Positions 61,564-64,000 of a stretch of 64,000 nt of DNA are shown here, in pieces. The notes beneath the pieces are model-generated. The model was not told the origin of the DNA. It ran no database searches and saw only the letters and a program-made list of their open reading frames with translations. Position 1 is the first letter of the stretch. Every line of letters begins with the position of its first letter. The stretch is from assembly GCA_002104905.1 (NCBI GenBank), contig MCFE01000082.1, positions 1-64,000 on the forward strand, read 5' to 3'. Source of the DNA: Basidiobolus meristosporus CBS 931.73 (taxonomy: Eukaryota; Fungi; Basidiobolomycota). Position numbers and translations under genes: made by a program.

Positions 61564-64000
61564 TTAGTGCTTGAGTTTGATCTTCAAACGGACTTGACGT
61601 TGAGGTGAAGCCTGCGGAACTGAGGTACGGCTGTTCTCCGAATCAGTGACATTATCTTCGACATCATATTTGTCCATATCTTCTCGGTGACTATGCTTGT
61701 GCTTCTTCTTTTCCTTTTTATCTTTCTTACGTTTTCGCTCATGGGAACCGTGACGCTAGGAGAAAGATGTCAAAATCCATTCTACGCAATAAAATCATAT
61801 ATTAAGTACCTCAAGTTGATCAGACTCCTCGGGATGTGGACGCTTCGTGGTGCTCCGTTCTGGATTTGGATTTTCGAGAATATCAAGTAAATTGTATTTT
61901 TTGCATGCTTTCTCGAAAGCTCTCTGCAATTCTTGCCCCATCACATAAACGGCATCTCCAGGAATGTTGAAAATATAGCAATTGTCAAAAACTAATTGTG
62001 CATCTGACAAGAATTGCTCAACACTTGAGTATTTTCCACCTCGAAGTTTGCCCTCAATTGTACCAAAATCCATAGGATGCTTAACAATCTTGTTGTAATG
62101 CGGAATACCTAAAGCCTTGACATCTACAGGGGTTCCAAAAGGCTCGAAGGAAGGATGTGTTTTAATGCGAGCCAATACGTTTTCGCATATTTTCAGTGCC
62201 GATCTGTCCAGAGTTTTAGGCTTCGTGGATACCTTTACGCTACGACTTGGTGAGGAAGCAACTACCGGGATTGTTTCTTTTTTGGGTTGCTTGTCCGACT
62301 TCCTGCTACCGATACCTCCACTTGACTTGGTGCTAGATTTCAACGTTTGGAAAGCAATCATTTCTTTATCCAACGTTTTCTCTAGTGCCATGGCTTGTTG
62401 TGAATAATAATGCTCAGGCCCGTTAAACGTGACACAGTTCTTGAATATCTGGCGAATATCAGTTTCAAATTCGGTCGGAGTGGAGTACTCCCCAGCCTTC
62501 AACTTCTTGTGCACTGTACTGAAGTCCATCGGGTTGTGGATCACATCAAAGTAGTGTGGTATTCCCATAGCAATGGGGTCAACCTTTAGATATCATTAGA
62601 ATTTAGGTCAAGATACGAATCAAGACTAGAGAAAAACTTACAGGCTCCAGAAAAGCGATAGCATTCTTGTTTCCGCTTAATTTCTTGTGAATTTTTTCGC
62701 ATAGCTTCATTTGCTCTGGACTCATGGTCACTGGCTCTGGCTCAGGTTCGCGCTTGATACTAGGCTCTCTGGATGGTGTCCTTGAAACCTCGGGAATGGC
62801 TTTTAGAGCATTTTTGAGTTCTTCGTAGCGTTCAAAGAAGTAATTTTCCAATTGTTGGCTTTCTTCGTGTGCATAGGTTCCAGAAGGATTGAAGGTAAAG
62901 CAATTGTTGAATATTAAGCGGACGTCCCTTTCAAAGTCCACCCAAGTTCTGTATTGGTCGTTTTCAAGCTTGTCTTTGATGGTCCCAAGGTCCATTGGAT
63001 TCTGAATGATCCGTGGATAGTCCGGAATCTGTAATGCAACCCAATCAACAGGCTCCCGGAATAAAGAAGAATGCTTGTTCTTGATCATTTTTTGGACGAG
63101 TTTCAATAGACTCTGCTTATCTTCAGGCAATATTGGGCGTCTGGGCTTGTCGCGGTCAAAGAGCTCGTAAAAATAAGCCTCCATTTTCTTGCCTTCTTCG
63201 AACACCCAAGTTCCTGGTTGATTGAACAAGAAACAATTGAAGAATATCTGACGTATATCCTTCTCAAAACTCCTGACTGAAGTGTATTCCTCGCGTTCTA
63301 GTTTCTCCGTCACCGTTTTTAAATCCATTGGGTCTTTGACAATATCTGTATAAGTAGGGATTTTCAGCATCACAGGATCAACTGGTAACTGAAACGGCTC
63401 AGAGGATGGGTTCGACCAGAGCTTTTTGAGTATTTTCTGACAACGCTTATACGCGGTGCTATTCATCGTATTTGCAGGTTTCGCAGCCGCTTTAGTAGCC
63501 GGTGAGGAGCTATGGCGCACAGGACTTTGTAAGGGCATCGGCGTCAAAGATTTGCGTGAGTCCTTTGAAGCAGCCTTTGGAGTTAATTTTCCACCATTAT
63601 CCTTTACGGTATCGCTTGTTCCGGCTCGAACCATTGGCGACTTTGGCTTTGGACTTGATGGCGTAGGCTTGGCGAAGTTCGATGTCTTAGTTTCCTTCGA
63701 CCCATATTCCACGGAAGGACCAGGAGTCGCTGTTTCAGAAGTGTGGGGCAATTCGGCGACAGGTTTCTCGGAAGGCTCACGGGAGTTGATCGGCTCTGGT
63801 GCTGGCTCGGATTTGACAGTTATATTGGTAGATTCTGTGACCGCCGATTTCGTAGGCTTTCCGAACTGATTTACCCACTCTCGTTGGAATACTTCACTGA
63901 GTGATTTGGCCTGATTATAAACAAAAGTTCCAGGTGTATTGAAGGTAAAGCAGTTGTTAAGCATGAGTTCAATATCCTCTCGAAAGTTGTCCTTTGTTTG
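61564..64000 (-). CDS. Multi-bromodomain protein (at least 5 tandem bromodomains), 5' part outside the window
   Basis: Repeated PVD...IP.Y..I...PMD...I..N C..FN motifs. Introns near 62586-62640 and 61760-61810. K/H-rich tail KKDKKEKKKHKH...RLKIKLKH*. Confidence 0.88.

Overview
This is intron-rich eukaryotic (fungal) genomic DNA with short 50-130 bp introns. The gene set and style suggest an early-diverging fungus, possibly Basidiobolus-like; that assignment is inference only. Positions 1-2.2 kb hold a probable decayed non-LTR (LINE) relic. Positions 2.46-10.16 kb are a nested Ty1/copia graveyard on the minus strand: about ten copies of one ~346-bp LTR (PBS, PPT and 5-bp TSDs visible) with broken gag, protease, integrase, RT and RNase H, almost completely stripped of CpG. 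From 12 kb onward the window is gene-dense: a questin-oxidase/DUF4243-like gene, SSK1, RNPS1, SWA2/auxilin, PSP1, two intronless SMP-30/gluconolactonase paralogs (one triple-frameshifted), TMEM242-like, YAE1, PRP45, TMEM164-like, BDP1, TRM1, a kelch-less Tea1-like coiled-coil gene, FOX2, RHO1 and a protein with at least 5 bromodomains running off the right edge. The ORF track does not recover a 9-exon GUCD1/C39-like peptidase gene with an intact Cys-His-Asp set (45063-46242). Two short ORFs at 47.9-49.7 kb form a divergently transcribed pair of paralogous ~80-aa orphan proteins. No tRNA, rRNA or CRISPR features were recognised.
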